DNA of 64,000 nucleotides from an uncultured bacterium (GTDB taxonomy: Bacteria; Chloroflexota; UBA5177; JANWHV01): the NCBI GenBank assembly GCA_963729625.1, contig CAVSOU010000007.1, forward strand, positions 480,001-544,000, given 5' to 3'. A model generated the notes under the pieces. The model did no database searches and had not been told where the DNA came from. It worked only from the letters and a program-made list of their open reading frames with translations. Made by a program: the position numbers and the translations under genes. Positions 38,034 through 47,905 of the stretch are shown here, piece by piece. Within the stretch, counting starts at the first letter, position 1, and the number at the start of each line of letters is the position of its first letter.

Positions 38034-39785
38034 CTAGAACGGAAGCGTTGGCTGCCCCTGAGCGCGCGCGAGCAAATCGCCGGCGGCACGGAGCGTGCTG
38101 TCGGTGACGGGGGTGCCTCCGAGCATGGCGGCAATCTCGCGAACACGCTCATTGCCGCGCAGCGTGGTCACGACTGCGCGCGTCCGGTCGGCCACGATCT
38201 GCTTTTCCACCCGGAGATGCGCGTTGCCCAGCGCTGCGACCTGCGGCAGATGTGTGATGCAGAGTACCTGGTGATCGTGTGCCAGGTCGCGCAGCTTCTC
38301 TCCGACGACCTGGCCACCGCGGCCGCCCACACCCGTGTCAACTTCGTCGAATATGAGCGTCGGCGTGCGATCGGCAGTCGACAGAATTGTCTTCAACGCG
38401 AGCATCAGGCGTGAGGTCTCGCCACCGGAGGCGATGCGGGCAAGCGGCTTGAGGTCTTCGCCCACGTTTGGCGATACGCGGAACTCCACGCGGTCCAGCC
38501 CGGTGTCGTCGCAGGCAAAGCGAGTGTCTACGCCCGGCACGGGAACGCCTTCGGCGCTCGACCGACGCTCCAGCGCGACGTCGAACCGCGCGCGCTGCAT
38601 GTTCAGGTCGCCCAACTGGGCTTCTACGCGCCGTGCCAGGTCCTGGGCTGCCTGCTGTCGGGCGGTGGACAACGCGGCCGCCTCTCTACCGATCTCGACA
38701 CGAACCTGCTCGACCTGGGCCGCGAGCTCTTCGAGCCGATCCTCCGTGTTGAGCAGCTCCGCGCGTTCCGCCGCGGCGTTCCGGCCAAACTCGATGACGT
38801 CCGCCACGGTGGCGCCGCCGTACTTGCGTTTCAGCAACTGGAGCAGCATCGCCCGCTCTTCGAGGATGCTGAGTCGACCGGGGTCAGCTTCGATCGAGGC
38901 ACGGTAACGAGCTAGGTCGTGGGCCACCTCGTCAACCGCGATGAGCGCGTTCCGCAGGGCCTCCACAAGGGCCAACTGGCTAGCGTCCACGCGCGCGAGT
39001 TCGCTCAGCATCTGCGTTGCCCGAGTAAGGAGGTCCACGGCGCTATCGTCGCCCCTTGCACTTTCGCTGAGGAGTGCCTGCGCGCTCGCGCCAAGACCCG
39101 CCAGGCGGTCGGCATTCGCCAATATCACTCGTTCTGCCTCCAGGGCTGCCTCCTCGCCTGCTGCGAGCTGCGCCGCGTCAATCTCCGCGATCTGATAGCG
39201 CAGCGCGTCGAGGCGCCGCTCCGCATCCAGACGGGACGAGCGCAACCGGGTTTCATCGGCCTCAATGGCATGCAGCCGGTGAACGAGCGCGGCGACAATG
39301 CTGCGCTGCTCGAGGGTGCCGGCAAAGCGGTCAAGCAAGTCCACGTGGCCCGCCACCCGAAAGAGTGAGAGATGCTCGCCCTGACCGTGTATGTCCACGA
39401 GCAGCTCGCCAACGGCGGCCAATACCGAGATTGGTACCGCGCGGGCATTGATTCGCGCCGTGCTGCGGCCTGCCACGCTGATCTCGCGGGACATGATGAG
39501 CGTGTTGTCGGCCTGGTCAAACAGGTCAAAGCCCTCGAGTGCAAGAACGACGGCGTCCACTATGTCCGGCGAATCGAGGGTGAAAATCGCTTCCACGCGG
39601 GCCGTTCGCGCGCCGGTGCGGACCATCTCCCCGTTGGTTCTTCCGCCAAGCACTGCTTCGACGGCGTCGATAATGATCGACTTGCCGGCACCCGTCTCGC
39701 CGGTCAGCACGCAGAAACCTGAGTCGAACGCCACGACCAGGTTATCGATAATCGCGAAATCGGTGATCGCCAGTTCCTGGAGCAT
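38034..39785 (-). CDS. recN: DNA repair protein RecN
   Basis: LTGETGAGKSII, DIHGQ.EH, ASGGETSRLMLA, IFDEVDTGVGG, ITHLPQVAA. Confidence 0.97.
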   Translation of the reverse strand: MLQELAITDFAIIDNLVVAFDSGFCVLTGETGAGKSIIIDAVEAVLGGRTNGEMVRTGARTARVEAIFTLDSPDIVDAVVLALEGFDLFDQADNTLIMSREISVAGRSTARINARAVPISVLAAVGELLVDIHGQGEHLSLFRVAGHVDLLDRFAGTLEQRSIVAALVHRLHAIEADETRLRSSRLDAERRLDALRYQIAEIDAAQLAAGEEAALEAERVILANADRLAGLGASAQALLSESARGDDSAVDLLTRATQMLSELARVDASQLALVEALRNALIAVDEVAHDLARYRASIEADPGRLSILEERAMLLQLLKRKYGGATVADVIEFGRNAAAERAELLNTEDRLEELAAQVEQVRVEIGREAAALSTARQQAAQDLARRVEAQLGDLNMQRARFDVALERRSSAEGVPVPGVDTRFACDDTGLDRVEFRVSPNVGEDLKPLARIASGGETSRLMLALKTILSTADRTPTLIFDEVDTGVGGRGGQVVGEKLRDLAHDHQVLCITHLPQVAALGNAHLRVEKQIVADRTRAVVTTLRGNERVREIAAMLGGTPVTDSTLRAAGDLLARAQGQPTLPF

Positions 39786-39895
39786 GCATTCATTCTACCG
39801 GGCGCTACGCACGGCTATCGCGATCTCCTCAAGCGCGTAGACAGCAGAGCGGGCTCCATCGCTGTGGCACAGCAGCTCGACACTACACGTAGAAT

Positions 39896-39913
39896 AGAAC
39901 GAACGGTCGTTCT
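39896..39913. promoter_or_regulatory. Palindromic operator containing a GAAC-N4-GTTC (Gram-positive-type LexA) box upstream of recN
   Basis: AGAACGA-ACGG-TCGTTCT inverted repeat; GAAC GGTC GTTC at 39901-39912, about 115 bp upstream of recN. Confidence 0.55.
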
Positions 39914-39978
39914 TGATCAGGGGGGTCCGTACTCACTATGATGAAGCTGCAAAAGAACGGGCATTCGTTTTGGGAGAC

Positions 39979-40935
39979 ATGATGGCCAATCGAGCGCAAC
40001 TGCGGCTGCTTGCCGTTCCCTTGTTGGTGCCTTTGCTGGTGGCCTTCGCCTTGACCATGTTCGCCTGGCCGAGCGCGAACCTTCAGCCACGCGACTTGCC
40101 CCTCGGCCTGGTTGGGCAGACCCGGGCCACGGCGGCGATCGCGGCCCACCTGCAGGCGGCGACCGACTCGGGCTTCGACTTGCAGTATTACACCGACGAG
40201 CCGAGTGCGCGCGCCGCGATCACCAGACGCGACGTCTATGGGGCCATCGTCATCAGCCGGACCGTTACCACGCTGCTCATCGCTTCAGCTGCAGGTCCAA
40301 TGGTGGCACAGCTTCTGACTCAAGCCCTGACTGCCGGCGCTTCCGAGGCGCCGACGCGTGTCGTCGACGTCGTGCCGACTCCGGCCAATGACCCGCGCGG
40401 CGCGGCGTTCGGTTCTTCCGTGCTGCCATTCGTGCTCAGCGGCGTGATTGCCGCGATCCTCATCGCCCTTCTGGGATCAGTCGTCACGTTCCAGGCCATG
40501 GCACTGGTGGTTACTGCCTGCCTCGCGGGACTCGTGGCCGACGGGATCGCACAGGGTTGGCTCGGCGTCTTGCGCGGCAGCTGGGCCGCGAACTCTGGCG
40601 TGTTTATGCTGAGCCTGCTGGCTATCTCCGCCACCATCGTGGGGCTCAAGAGCTTGCTCGGCTATCCGGGCATGGGCGCCGGCGCGTTTCTGATGATGTT
40701 CGTGGGCAACCCGCTCTCCGGCGCCACGTCCGCGCCAGAGCTCCTGCCCAGACCCTGGGGCTCTCTGGGGCAACTGCTACCCCCCGGCGCCGGGGCAAAC
40801 TTGCTGCGCTCCACGGCGTTCTTTGGTGGGGCAGGCGCAAGCACCCATCTTGCCGTCCTCATCGCCTGGATACTGGTTGGCTTTGCGGCGCTTCTAGCCT
40901 CGGGTTTGACGGCGACCCCATCACCGGCGTCATGA
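39979..40935 (+). CDS. ABC-2/YhgE-Pip-like membrane permease
   Basis: N-terminal TM; PRDLPLGLVG...RDVYGAIV extracytoplasmic loop; DPRG; five further TMs with GNPLSG and LPPGAG. Confidence 0.8.
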   Translation: MMANRAQLRLLAVPLLVPLLVAFALTMFAWPSANLQPRDLPLGLVGQTRATAAIAAHLQAATDSGFDLQYYTDEPSARAAITRRDVYGAIVISRTVTTLLIASAAGPMVAQLLTQALTAGASEAPTRVVDVVPTPANDPRGAAFGSSVLPFVLSGVIAAILIALLGSVVTFQAMALVVTACLAGLVADGIAQGWLGVLRGSWAANSGVFMLSLLAISATIVGLKSLLGYPGMGAGAFLMMFVGNPLSGATSAPELLPRPWGSLGQLLPPGAGANLLRSTAFFGGAGASTHLAVLIAWILVGFAALLASGLTATPSPAS

Positions 40936-41038
40936 AACCCGCCGGCCGGCGCCTTGTTCGCAGCAGGCCCGAGTGCGCGAGCAGCGGATCCACGCCTTGC
41001 AGGAGAGCGACGGATGATGCCAGGCAGCCGCTCGCCAA

Positions 41039-41719
41039 TCATGATTCGTCGTCCACCTGCGCAACCCGCACCCAAGCTGCCAGCGCGGTATCCAGATGTT
41101 CGGCAGCCGGTTGCCGATCGACCTGAATTTCTATGTGCCTGCCGAAGCGGGCGCGCAGCTGCAGGATGGCCGATGGTCGCAGGCCGAGCGCGCCGTATAT
41201 GCGCATCCATTCCGCGCGATGCTCGGCCATCTCGGACAGCGCGACCACCCTGAGCTTCACGGAAACTGGAGCGCTCGCCAGGGCAAAGGCATGCTGGTCG
41301 TGGAAGTATGCTGAGGCGTCGAAACCGGGGCGCGGAATGGGATTGCCGTGCGGACAAACGCTCGGCCTTGACAGGCGCAGATCGATGTGCTCCTCGACCA
41401 GCGGCGTGAGTCCGCGCTCAAACTGGCGCGCATGGTCGTGGACGTCTGTCCAATCCACGCCAAGAACGTCGACGAGGAACCTCTCCGTCAGGCAATGCCG
41501 GCGCACACCCTCTTCGGCGCGGCCGCGGCCAGCAGCGGTAAGGGACACGGTCCGGTGCACGTGCGTGACCAATCCGTCGCGCTCAAGTCGCGTCAGAGTG
41601 GCGCCGGCGGCCGCGCGCGACACGGCGAACAGACCAGCCAAGGTGACTGCATGCACGTCATGACCTTCAGCCTGAAGCGAGTAGATTGCTTCGAGGTAGT
41701 CGCCCACTACTGAACGCAC
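41039..41719 (-). CDS. DtxR/MntR family metal-dependent transcriptional regulator
   Basis: DYLEAIY, LT..GR..AE..VRRHCLTERFL, CPHGNPIP and a C-terminal FeoA-like domain. Confidence 0.9.
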   Translation of the reverse strand: MRSVVGDYLEAIYSLQAEGHDVHAVTLAGLFAVSRAAAGATLTRLERDGLVTHVHRTVSLTAAGRGRAEEGVRRHCLTERFLVDVLGVDWTDVHDHARQFERGLTPLVEEHIDLRLSRPSVCPHGNPIPRPGFDASAYFHDQHAFALASAPVSVKLRVVALSEMAEHRAEWMRIYGALGLRPSAILQLRARFGRHIEIQVDRQPAAEHLDTALAAWVRVAQVDDES

Positions 41720-41951
41720 GCCTCCTGCCCCCTTTCCGCCTCAGTATGGCCCTCAATGCGCCATGGGCGCAAGCGACGCCCGTCTTCAGCGCAGTGATGT
41801 CTCATTGCGATTGCGGGCGCGCTTTGCTACGTTGAGGACGGCTGGGGTTGGCGGGCACCCGGTGAGCCCTGGTTCCGTGCGTTTGGCGGCAAGCGGCTGC
41901 CTCTCGCGAACTGTGGTCAGGCGCTCCGCAGACAGGGCCGAGACAGCGACG

Positions 41952-43634
41952 ATGCGCTACCTGTTTCAGATATACGGTATGCGCCTCCGCGCGGTGCGCA
42001 ACAACATCACGCGCCGCGGGCTACGTCATGGCACTGGATGGATTTTCGTCGTCCTGGCAGTGAGTCTCGTCGACATCGTGGTGTTCAAGGCGGCCCCGCG
42101 GAGCCTGAACCTTGTAGGAGCGGCGCACTCTGAGGTCGCGGGCGGCGTGGATCTGGATCGGCTGTTTGGCTCACTCATACCGTTTTTCAATGTCAGCTTC
42201 GCAATGTTGTTCCTTGCCTCCTTTCCACTCACGATCGGTACGTTTACGTACCGAAGCGACCTGGCGATTCTGCTTGCCACGCCGGTGAGCCCCCGCATTG
42301 TGTTTGCCGAGAAGCTGCTAACCGGTATTCTCCGCCAGTACATACTCGTGCTGCCGCTCATGGGCCCGTACCTGCTTGGCCTTGGCACCGGCCTGCACCT
42401 GCCACCAGGCTACTTCGTGTTCGCAGCGCTGATGCTGCTCCTGATGCCGGTCGCACCCACGTGCTTGGGAGGAATCCTCACGTTCGCGTGCCTCAGGTTA
42501 CTTCCGCCTGCACGAGCGAAGACCCTGGTGACGGTGGGCGGTGCACTTATCGGTTCCGCGTTCTACCTTTCTCAGGAGATCATCTGGTCGAACAGGACCA
42601 CATTGAGCCTTGGACAAGCGACCGTATTCGTGCGAGGGCTTAAGGGGCAGTGGCTCTCACAACTTCCGCCGTCGTGGCCGGCATCCGGATTGACGCTCGC
42701 CGCCCATCACCAATTCGGGATATCGCTGGGCTACGGCCTTTGTATTGGCACGGTAGGCATGTTCACGTTCGCCGCTGGGGTTTCCACGGCGATGCACACG
42801 TTCAGCAGCGGCTGGGCAAACTTCCAGGAAGCCTCGCATATGGCGGAGCCGTTGTACATAGGCAGCGCTACTCCCGGCGTGCAGCTGATGCGCCGACCGC
42901 CGTTTGGCACGACGGCGCTTCTGCCCAAGGAGTGGCTGCTCTTCGCCCGCGATCCTCAACAGTGGGCCGCGCTGATCATGCCTCTTGGCGTTTCGGTCTA
43001 CTTCAGTTATGTGCTGATCTTTCGCTTTGGATCGTCTCAACTCTCAGCCGGCCTGCGGTTCATGCTGGTCATCGCGGGCCTCAACTTCCTTATTGCGTCT
43101 ATCGTGGCGCCGCTCAGTTTGACTATCATCAATCGCGAGGCACGCACCTTCATGCTTCTGCGGACCTGGCCGCTCAGCGCCAACACGATCGTTCGCGACA
43201 AGTTTCTTGCCGTGTATACTCCACTCCTCGCAGTGTTCGAAATGCTCGTCGTCGTGATCGCGATCGGCGATCATCTGCCGCTGCACCTTGCCGTGCTCGC
43301 AGCCGTAGGCGTGTTCCTTTGCACCGGCACGTTGATCGGCTGGAGCATGGTGCTCAGTCTTGCGTTTCCACGCCTGGACTGGACGAACATCACCCAGATC
43401 TCGACATGGCAGGCCTGGCTCCTCTCGTTCATCGGCGGCAGCGCCATAGGGATGATCGAGGCAGCTCTACTCGCCGTGGGTCCCCTGGCCGGCACGACAT
43501 GGGCGACGCTTGCTGGCCTTGAGCCAGTGCTAACGGCGATTGGACTGGTCCTAGTCACGGTCATCAGTGGCTGCGTGGCGATAACCCTGTTCGTCTGGGG
43601 TCCGCAGCGCCTGGCGTCGATCGAGATGCACTAG
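41952..43634 (+). CDS. Putative ABC exporter permease subunit
   Basis: About 12-14 TMs; DLAILLATPV...EKL, KEWLLFARDP and REART...LRTWP motifs. Confidence 0.8.
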   Translation: MRYLFQIYGMRLRAVRNNITRRGLRHGTGWIFVVLAVSLVDIVVFKAAPRSLNLVGAAHSEVAGGVDLDRLFGSLIPFFNVSFAMLFLASFPLTIGTFTYRSDLAILLATPVSPRIVFAEKLLTGILRQYILVLPLMGPYLLGLGTGLHLPPGYFVFAALMLLLMPVAPTCLGGILTFACLRLLPPARAKTLVTVGGALIGSAFYLSQEIIWSNRTTLSLGQATVFVRGLKGQWLSQLPPSWPASGLTLAAHHQFGISLGYGLCIGTVGMFTFAAGVSTAMHTFSSGWANFQEASHMAEPLYIGSATPGVQLMRRPPFGTTALLPKEWLLFARDPQQWAALIMPLGVSVYFSYVLIFRFGSSQLSAGLRFMLVIAGLNFLIASIVAPLSLTIINREARTFMLLRTWPLSANTIVRDKFLAVYTPLLAVFEMLVVVIAIGDHLPLHLAVLAAVGVFLCTGTLIGWSMVLSLAFPRLDWTNITQISTWQAWLLSFIGGSAIGMIEAALLAVGPLAGTTWATLAGLEPVLTAIGLVLVTVISGCVAITLFVWGPQRLASIEMH

Positions 43635-43741
43635 CCTGACCGTATTCGGTCATAGAGGTCAGCCTTCCAGGGCCGTGCATCTGTCGCGGCATTGACGCGC
43701 TCTACGTCGCGCCCTATCCTAGATGAGCAACCCCTGCCCAT

Positions 43742-43824
43742 GCCGAAGTGGCGGAACGGTAGACGCGGCGGTCTCAAAAACCGTTGAGGACAACCTCGTG
43801 TGGGTTCGAATCCCACCTTCGGCA
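43742..43824 (+). tRNA. tRNA-Leu(CAA)
   Basis: GCCGAAG/CTTCGGC acceptor stem; GGTAGACGC D-arm; anticodon loop CT-CAA-AA; long variable arm; GGTTCGAATCC T-arm; CCA not encoded. Confidence 0.95.
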
Positions 43825-43847
43825 CCGCGGCTCGCGAGCGGACTCCG

Positions 43848-44072
43848 CTACGAATTGAGCTGCACGATAGCGATCATCAGCGGGATTCCGATGGCCACGA
43901 GCAGGACGCCAAAGGCTATGGTCACGAAAGCGGTCTGGCGCTGTGCGACCTCGAGCCGCCGGCCGAGAGTCGAGTCCTCGTGCGGTCCCATGGATTGCCG
44001 CAGATAAAAACCGCCGATAGCCACAAACAGGATGCCGGGCAGCAGCATGACGAACGGGAAACGATCGATCAT
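43848..44072 (-). CDS. Small two-TM membrane protein
   Basis: ATGA overlap with the upstream GT9 stop; two hydrophobic helices. Confidence 0.6.
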   Translation of the reverse strand: MIDRFPFVMLLPGILFVAIGGFYLRQSMGPHEDSTLGRRLEVAQRQTAFVTIAFGVLLVAIGIPLMIAIVQLNS

Positions 44073-45268
44073 TTTGCGTGCTCCAGGACCTCGAGCGCAG
44101 CGAGCACAACCTGATTCACCGTAAGGTCTATCATACACGACGGCTGACCGTGCGGGCACTCGGCTATTGCACGAAGCGTATAGCATGGGCTGCATTTCAG
44201 GCCTTTGCGGATAACCATGGCAGGCTGGCCGGGCCTGGGCGCTGGGCCATAGAGAGCCGGGTCAGTAGGTCCGTAGATCGACACGGTCGGACGCCCAAGC
44301 GCGACCGCCAGGTGCAGGGGACCGCTGTCTCCGCTGATCACCAGGTCGCAGCGCGCGAGCACCGCCAGCAGCTCGTCGACCGTGGTCTCGCCGGTCAACA
44401 CGACCGGCCGATGTTCCATGCGGGCGACGATCGTATCGCTGATGCACCGCTCGCTCTCCGAGCCCGTCAGTATCACCTTGAAACCATGGCGCTCGATCAT
44501 GGTATCCGCCAGCGCCGCCCAGTGCGACCCGGGCCATCGCTTGGCGTTGCCGTTGACCGCTCCGCCGTGAATGCCGATCACGACGTCGGCTGAATGCACG
44601 CCAAGCGTCGCCAGGCGCGTCTCCATGCAGGCGATGGCGTCGTCTCCGGCTCGAAGCACGGCCGTCCGCAAGCTGCCCTTCGCGCCCGCGGCTGCTACCA
44701 GCTCGAGGTTCCAGCGTATCTCGTGCCGGCGTCGGTCGAATCGCCCTCCCTGCACAGGGTCAGTGAACATGAACGGATATGCTTCCTGCCGGTACCCGAT
44801 GCGCCGATGGGCGCCGCTCGCGAAGGCAAAGAGACTTGCCATCCTGCCGTACAGACTCACGCACAGATCGAATCGCTCACGGCGCAAGTGACCGATCGTG
44901 CACAGGAATGCAGTGACGGTTTTCGGGCGAAGTAGATTCCTGACGCTGCGAATGCTGTTAGTGTCCAGCTCCAGAACTTGATCGACGCAGTCGAAGCGGC
45001 GCGGAATCGTGGCTGTATATGGCAGGGTGAGCATGGTGATGCGCGCGGAGGGGTAGCGCTCTCGCAGCGCCTCGACGGCCGGCATGGAGTTGAGCACATC
45101 GCCAAGCAGATCGAGCCTGATGACGAGGATACGATGAACGGCCGAAGCATCAATCGCCGGCCGTGGCCGCGCCAGCCGGCGCAGGGCGGCGCCCAGTCCC
45201 AGAGCGCCGAACAGGACGTAGAGCACGGCCTCCACGAGGTGCTTGACCTGATGCTTCAGGAACCGCAT
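44069..45268 (-). CDS. GT9 family (heptosyltransferase-like) glycosyltransferase
   Basis: ILVIRLDLLGDVL, KRWP, SGDSGPLHLAVA, CSPC. Confidence 0.92.
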   Translation of the reverse strand: MRFLKHQVKHLVEAVLYVLFGALGLGAALRRLARPRPAIDASAVHRILVIRLDLLGDVLNSMPAVEALRERYPSARITMLTLPYTATIPRRFDCVDQVLELDTNSIRSVRNLLRPKTVTAFLCTIGHLRRERFDLCVSLYGRMASLFAFASGAHRRIGYRQEAYPFMFTDPVQGGRFDRRRHEIRWNLELVAAAGAKGSLRTAVLRAGDDAIACMETRLATLGVHSADVVIGIHGGAVNGNAKRWPGSHWAALADTMIERHGFKVILTGSESERCISDTIVARMEHRPVVLTGETTVDELLAVLARCDLVISGDSGPLHLAVALGRPTVSIYGPTDPALYGPAPRPGQPAMVIRKGLKCSPCYTLRAIAECPHGQPSCMIDLTVNQVVLAALEVLEHAK

Positions 45269-45272
45269 CACC

Positions 45273-46460
45273 TCACTCTCCCTTTGCAGCGAGGACCGCA
45301 TCGCAGGCGGCGCGAACGCTCGCAACCTCGATCGCCCGCATACAGGGCGGCGGTCCGTCCGTTTCGGGCTCCAGGCGACAGTAATCGAGGCGACAGCACG
45401 GCCTGCACGGGAGATCAGCGGCTACTACGGCGTGCCGGACCGGGTCGCTCCACGGTCCGAACTGTGCCGGATCGGCCGGCCCAAACAATGCGACGCTAGG
45501 CGTCTGGGCTACGACGGCGAGGTGAAGCGGTCCGCTGTCGACGCCGACGACCAGACTCGCATGGCGGAGCACTGTCTCGAGCTCTCCCCAGCTCAGCCTT
45601 CCTGCCAGGTTGAGCGCGCCGTTGGGAAGACGCTCACATAGCTCCGCTGCCATATCGGCCTCGCCGGCGCTCCCCGTTACCACCAGACGCCGTGCCGGTG
45701 CGCCGCGCGCCAACGCAGCGCCAAGCTCCGCGAAACGCTCGATCGGCCAGCTCTTGATCCGCGATCCCGATCCGGAATGGAGCACGACGTACGGCTGCGT
45801 TTCGAGACCGGTCTCGCGCAGCAGCAGAATGGCCGACACGTCATCCGAGAATGTCGTCGCCGATGCCAGCTGGGGTAATGCAGGCGCTTCCACGCGCTCG
45901 TGGACAGGGAGCCGAGCGAGGTATGCGTCGACAAGATCGAGCGATTCCTGCGCCGCATGCTTTCCGTGGGTGTACGCAAGCTCAACGGTCAGGAACGGCG
46001 ACGTCTCGGGCGTGGCGTATCCGACGCGCACCGGGATTCCCGCCAGCGCGGCAAGCCACGCTCCCCACCAGTGATCCGGGCGCAGTATCAGCGCCGCGTC
46101 GAAGGATTGCTGCCGGCGCATGCGCAGTGCGTAGGTAAGTAGCATTCGATACGGCCGCATGTGCTTGTCGGACGCACGCGCGAAGCCGGGAAATGGGCAC
46201 GTGAGCACGTCGAAACGCGAGTGCGTGCCCAGCGCGGCCCGGCTCCAGGGCCCGACCGCCACGACGACGCGGGCGCCGGGAAGTGACTGTACCATGCGGT
46301 CGATCGCCGGGCGGCTCAGCAGTACGTCTCCAAGATGATCCGGCCGAATAATCAGGATCGAGCGCGGACTCTGGGATGCTCGGCGCCCGGCCCGTCCCTG
46401 CGGACGCAGCACTCTTCCACAGATGCGCAGGCCAATCAGGCGAAGGCGCTGCCTTAACAC
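45273..46460 (-). CDS. GT9 family glycosyltransferase
   Basis: ILIIRPDHLGDVLL, KSWP, GVDSGPLHLA; GTG 46460 with GGAG, overlapping the upstream stop. Confidence 0.9.
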   Translation of the reverse strand: MLRQRLRLIGLRICGRVLRPQGRAGRRASQSPRSILIIRPDHLGDVLLSRPAIDRMVQSLPGARVVVAVGPWSRAALGTHSRFDVLTCPFPGFARASDKHMRPYRMLLTYALRMRRQQSFDAALILRPDHWWGAWLAALAGIPVRVGYATPETSPFLTVELAYTHGKHAAQESLDLVDAYLARLPVHERVEAPALPQLASATTFSDDVSAILLLRETGLETQPYVVLHSGSGSRIKSWPIERFAELGAALARGAPARRLVVTGSAGEADMAAELCERLPNGALNLAGRLSWGELETVLRHASLVVGVDSGPLHLAVVAQTPSVALFGPADPAQFGPWSDPVRHAVVAADLPCRPCCRLDYCRLEPETDGPPPCMRAIEVASVRAACDAVLAAKGE

Positions 46461-47629
46461 CGGCGAAGCTCCGCGAGCAACTCGCGGCAAGCGCCGGCGA
46501 CCTCGCTCACAGGCAGCCCGCGCATGCATGCGTGATGGTTGGGGCACGGCGGGAAACGGCCGTGGATGAAGCACGGGCTGCACGGTATGTCGCGGCGCAC
46601 GACACGCGCGGACGTACTGTACGGGCGATACAGGTGAACAGGCGAAGGTCCAAACACAGCCACCACAGGGCAACCGACGGCCACCGCAAGGTGCATTGGC
46701 CCCGAGTCGTTGCCTACATAGAGCGCACAGCGCTGGAGGAACGCGGCCCGCTCGCCAAGGGGGATGGAGCCTGTGAGGTCGATGGGCGGCGCGCGCATGG
46801 CCGTTCGCATCGCGCTGCACGCCATCCCATCCGCAGGGGTACCGACAATCGCGATCTGGACCCCCTCCTCGTCGCGCAGAAGATCCGCGAGGTGTGCAAA
46901 ACTCTCGGGCGGCCAGCGCTTTTCGGGCAAATCCATGCCGGGATTTGTGCCGCCACCCGGAGCGATTGCCACTACCATCGGGCCGAGATCGTGCGTCCGC
47001 CACAGCGCTTCGGTCGCTTCGGTCGCGCGCGCATCGGGCACAAAGCGAAGCCGCCCGTGCTCCACTGAGCAACCGAGCGCACCGGCCACGCTGAGATATA
47101 AGTCCGCCTCGTGCAGCGACTCATCCCACGGCACGGCGGCATTGAGCGTGAAGCCGCGCCCCGCGCTATCAATACCGGCACGACTGCGGATACCCGCAAG
47201 CAGCGGCAGAATGGCAAACACCGGCGACCGCTCCAGCACAAGGCAGAGATCGTAGTGTCCGGCGCGCATGCGCTGAAGAAGTCGCATCACCGAGCGCAGG
47301 TCGCGACCGGCGCCCGGCCCGGCGTCCACGATGGCGGCAACCTCCGGGTGGCCTTCGATCGCCGGCATGGCATGGCGTGCCACGGCAAAATCGATCGTGC
47401 TATCGGGGAACCGTTCGCGCAGCGCGGCGATCACGGGTGTGGCCAACAGCACATCGCCCAGGCAACACGGCTTGACGATCAGGATGCGGCACGCGGAGGG
47501 CGGCAGCCGCGGCGTGGACATGAACGGCCGGAACAGCGCGCGGAGAAGCACGAAGCATGCAGTGACAATGCGTTCCCGCCAGGGGCGGCCGGCAGCAGGC
47601 CGCACGATCAGTGGGTGGTTCACGTCCAT
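46454..47629 (-). CDS. GT9 family glycosyltransferase
   Basis: ILIVKPCCLGDVLL, KRWP, GNDSGPMHLA, CSPC. Confidence 0.9.
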   Translation of the reverse strand: MDVNHPLIVRPAAGRPWRERIVTACFVLLRALFRPFMSTPRLPPSACRILIVKPCCLGDVLLATPVIAALRERFPDSTIDFAVARHAMPAIEGHPEVAAIVDAGPGAGRDLRSVMRLLQRMRAGHYDLCLVLERSPVFAILPLLAGIRSRAGIDSAGRGFTLNAAVPWDESLHEADLYLSVAGALGCSVEHGRLRFVPDARATEATEALWRTHDLGPMVVAIAPGGGTNPGMDLPEKRWPPESFAHLADLLRDEEGVQIAIVGTPADGMACSAMRTAMRAPPIDLTGSIPLGERAAFLQRCALYVGNDSGPMHLAVAVGCPVVAVFGPSPVHLYRPYSTSARVVRRDIPCSPCFIHGRFPPCPNHHACMRGLPVSEVAGACRELLAELRRC

Positions 47630-47905
47630 ACGTGTTGACGAGTGTACCGCACTGAACGCCTGACCGATCCCGGCGTTTGAGCGTTGCGACGCCTCAGGGC
47701 GCGCCCGGCGGAACTGCACGGCCACCGTCCGCCGCCGACAGGCGAACTGTTCATTCAGGTCATGTGCCGGGGAGTGTGAGCGCGCGATCAGACGCCGCTG
47801 CAGTCTTTCGCCGGGGTCGGCGTGCCTGAACGCACTGGCGTACCGCCGTTGCGCCATTCTTTCGCCAGGCGGAAGGGAGAACCCCTCCGCGATCTTGAGC
47901 CGGCC

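Noticed and set aside
46461-47072. N-terminal extension of the 599-aa GT9 ORF
   Set aside because: It overlaps the upstream GT9 gene; the real start is probably GTG 46460 with its own RBS.
43742-47900. Integrative element at tRNA-Leu
   Set aside because: No integrase and no duplicated tRNA 3' end seen in the window.
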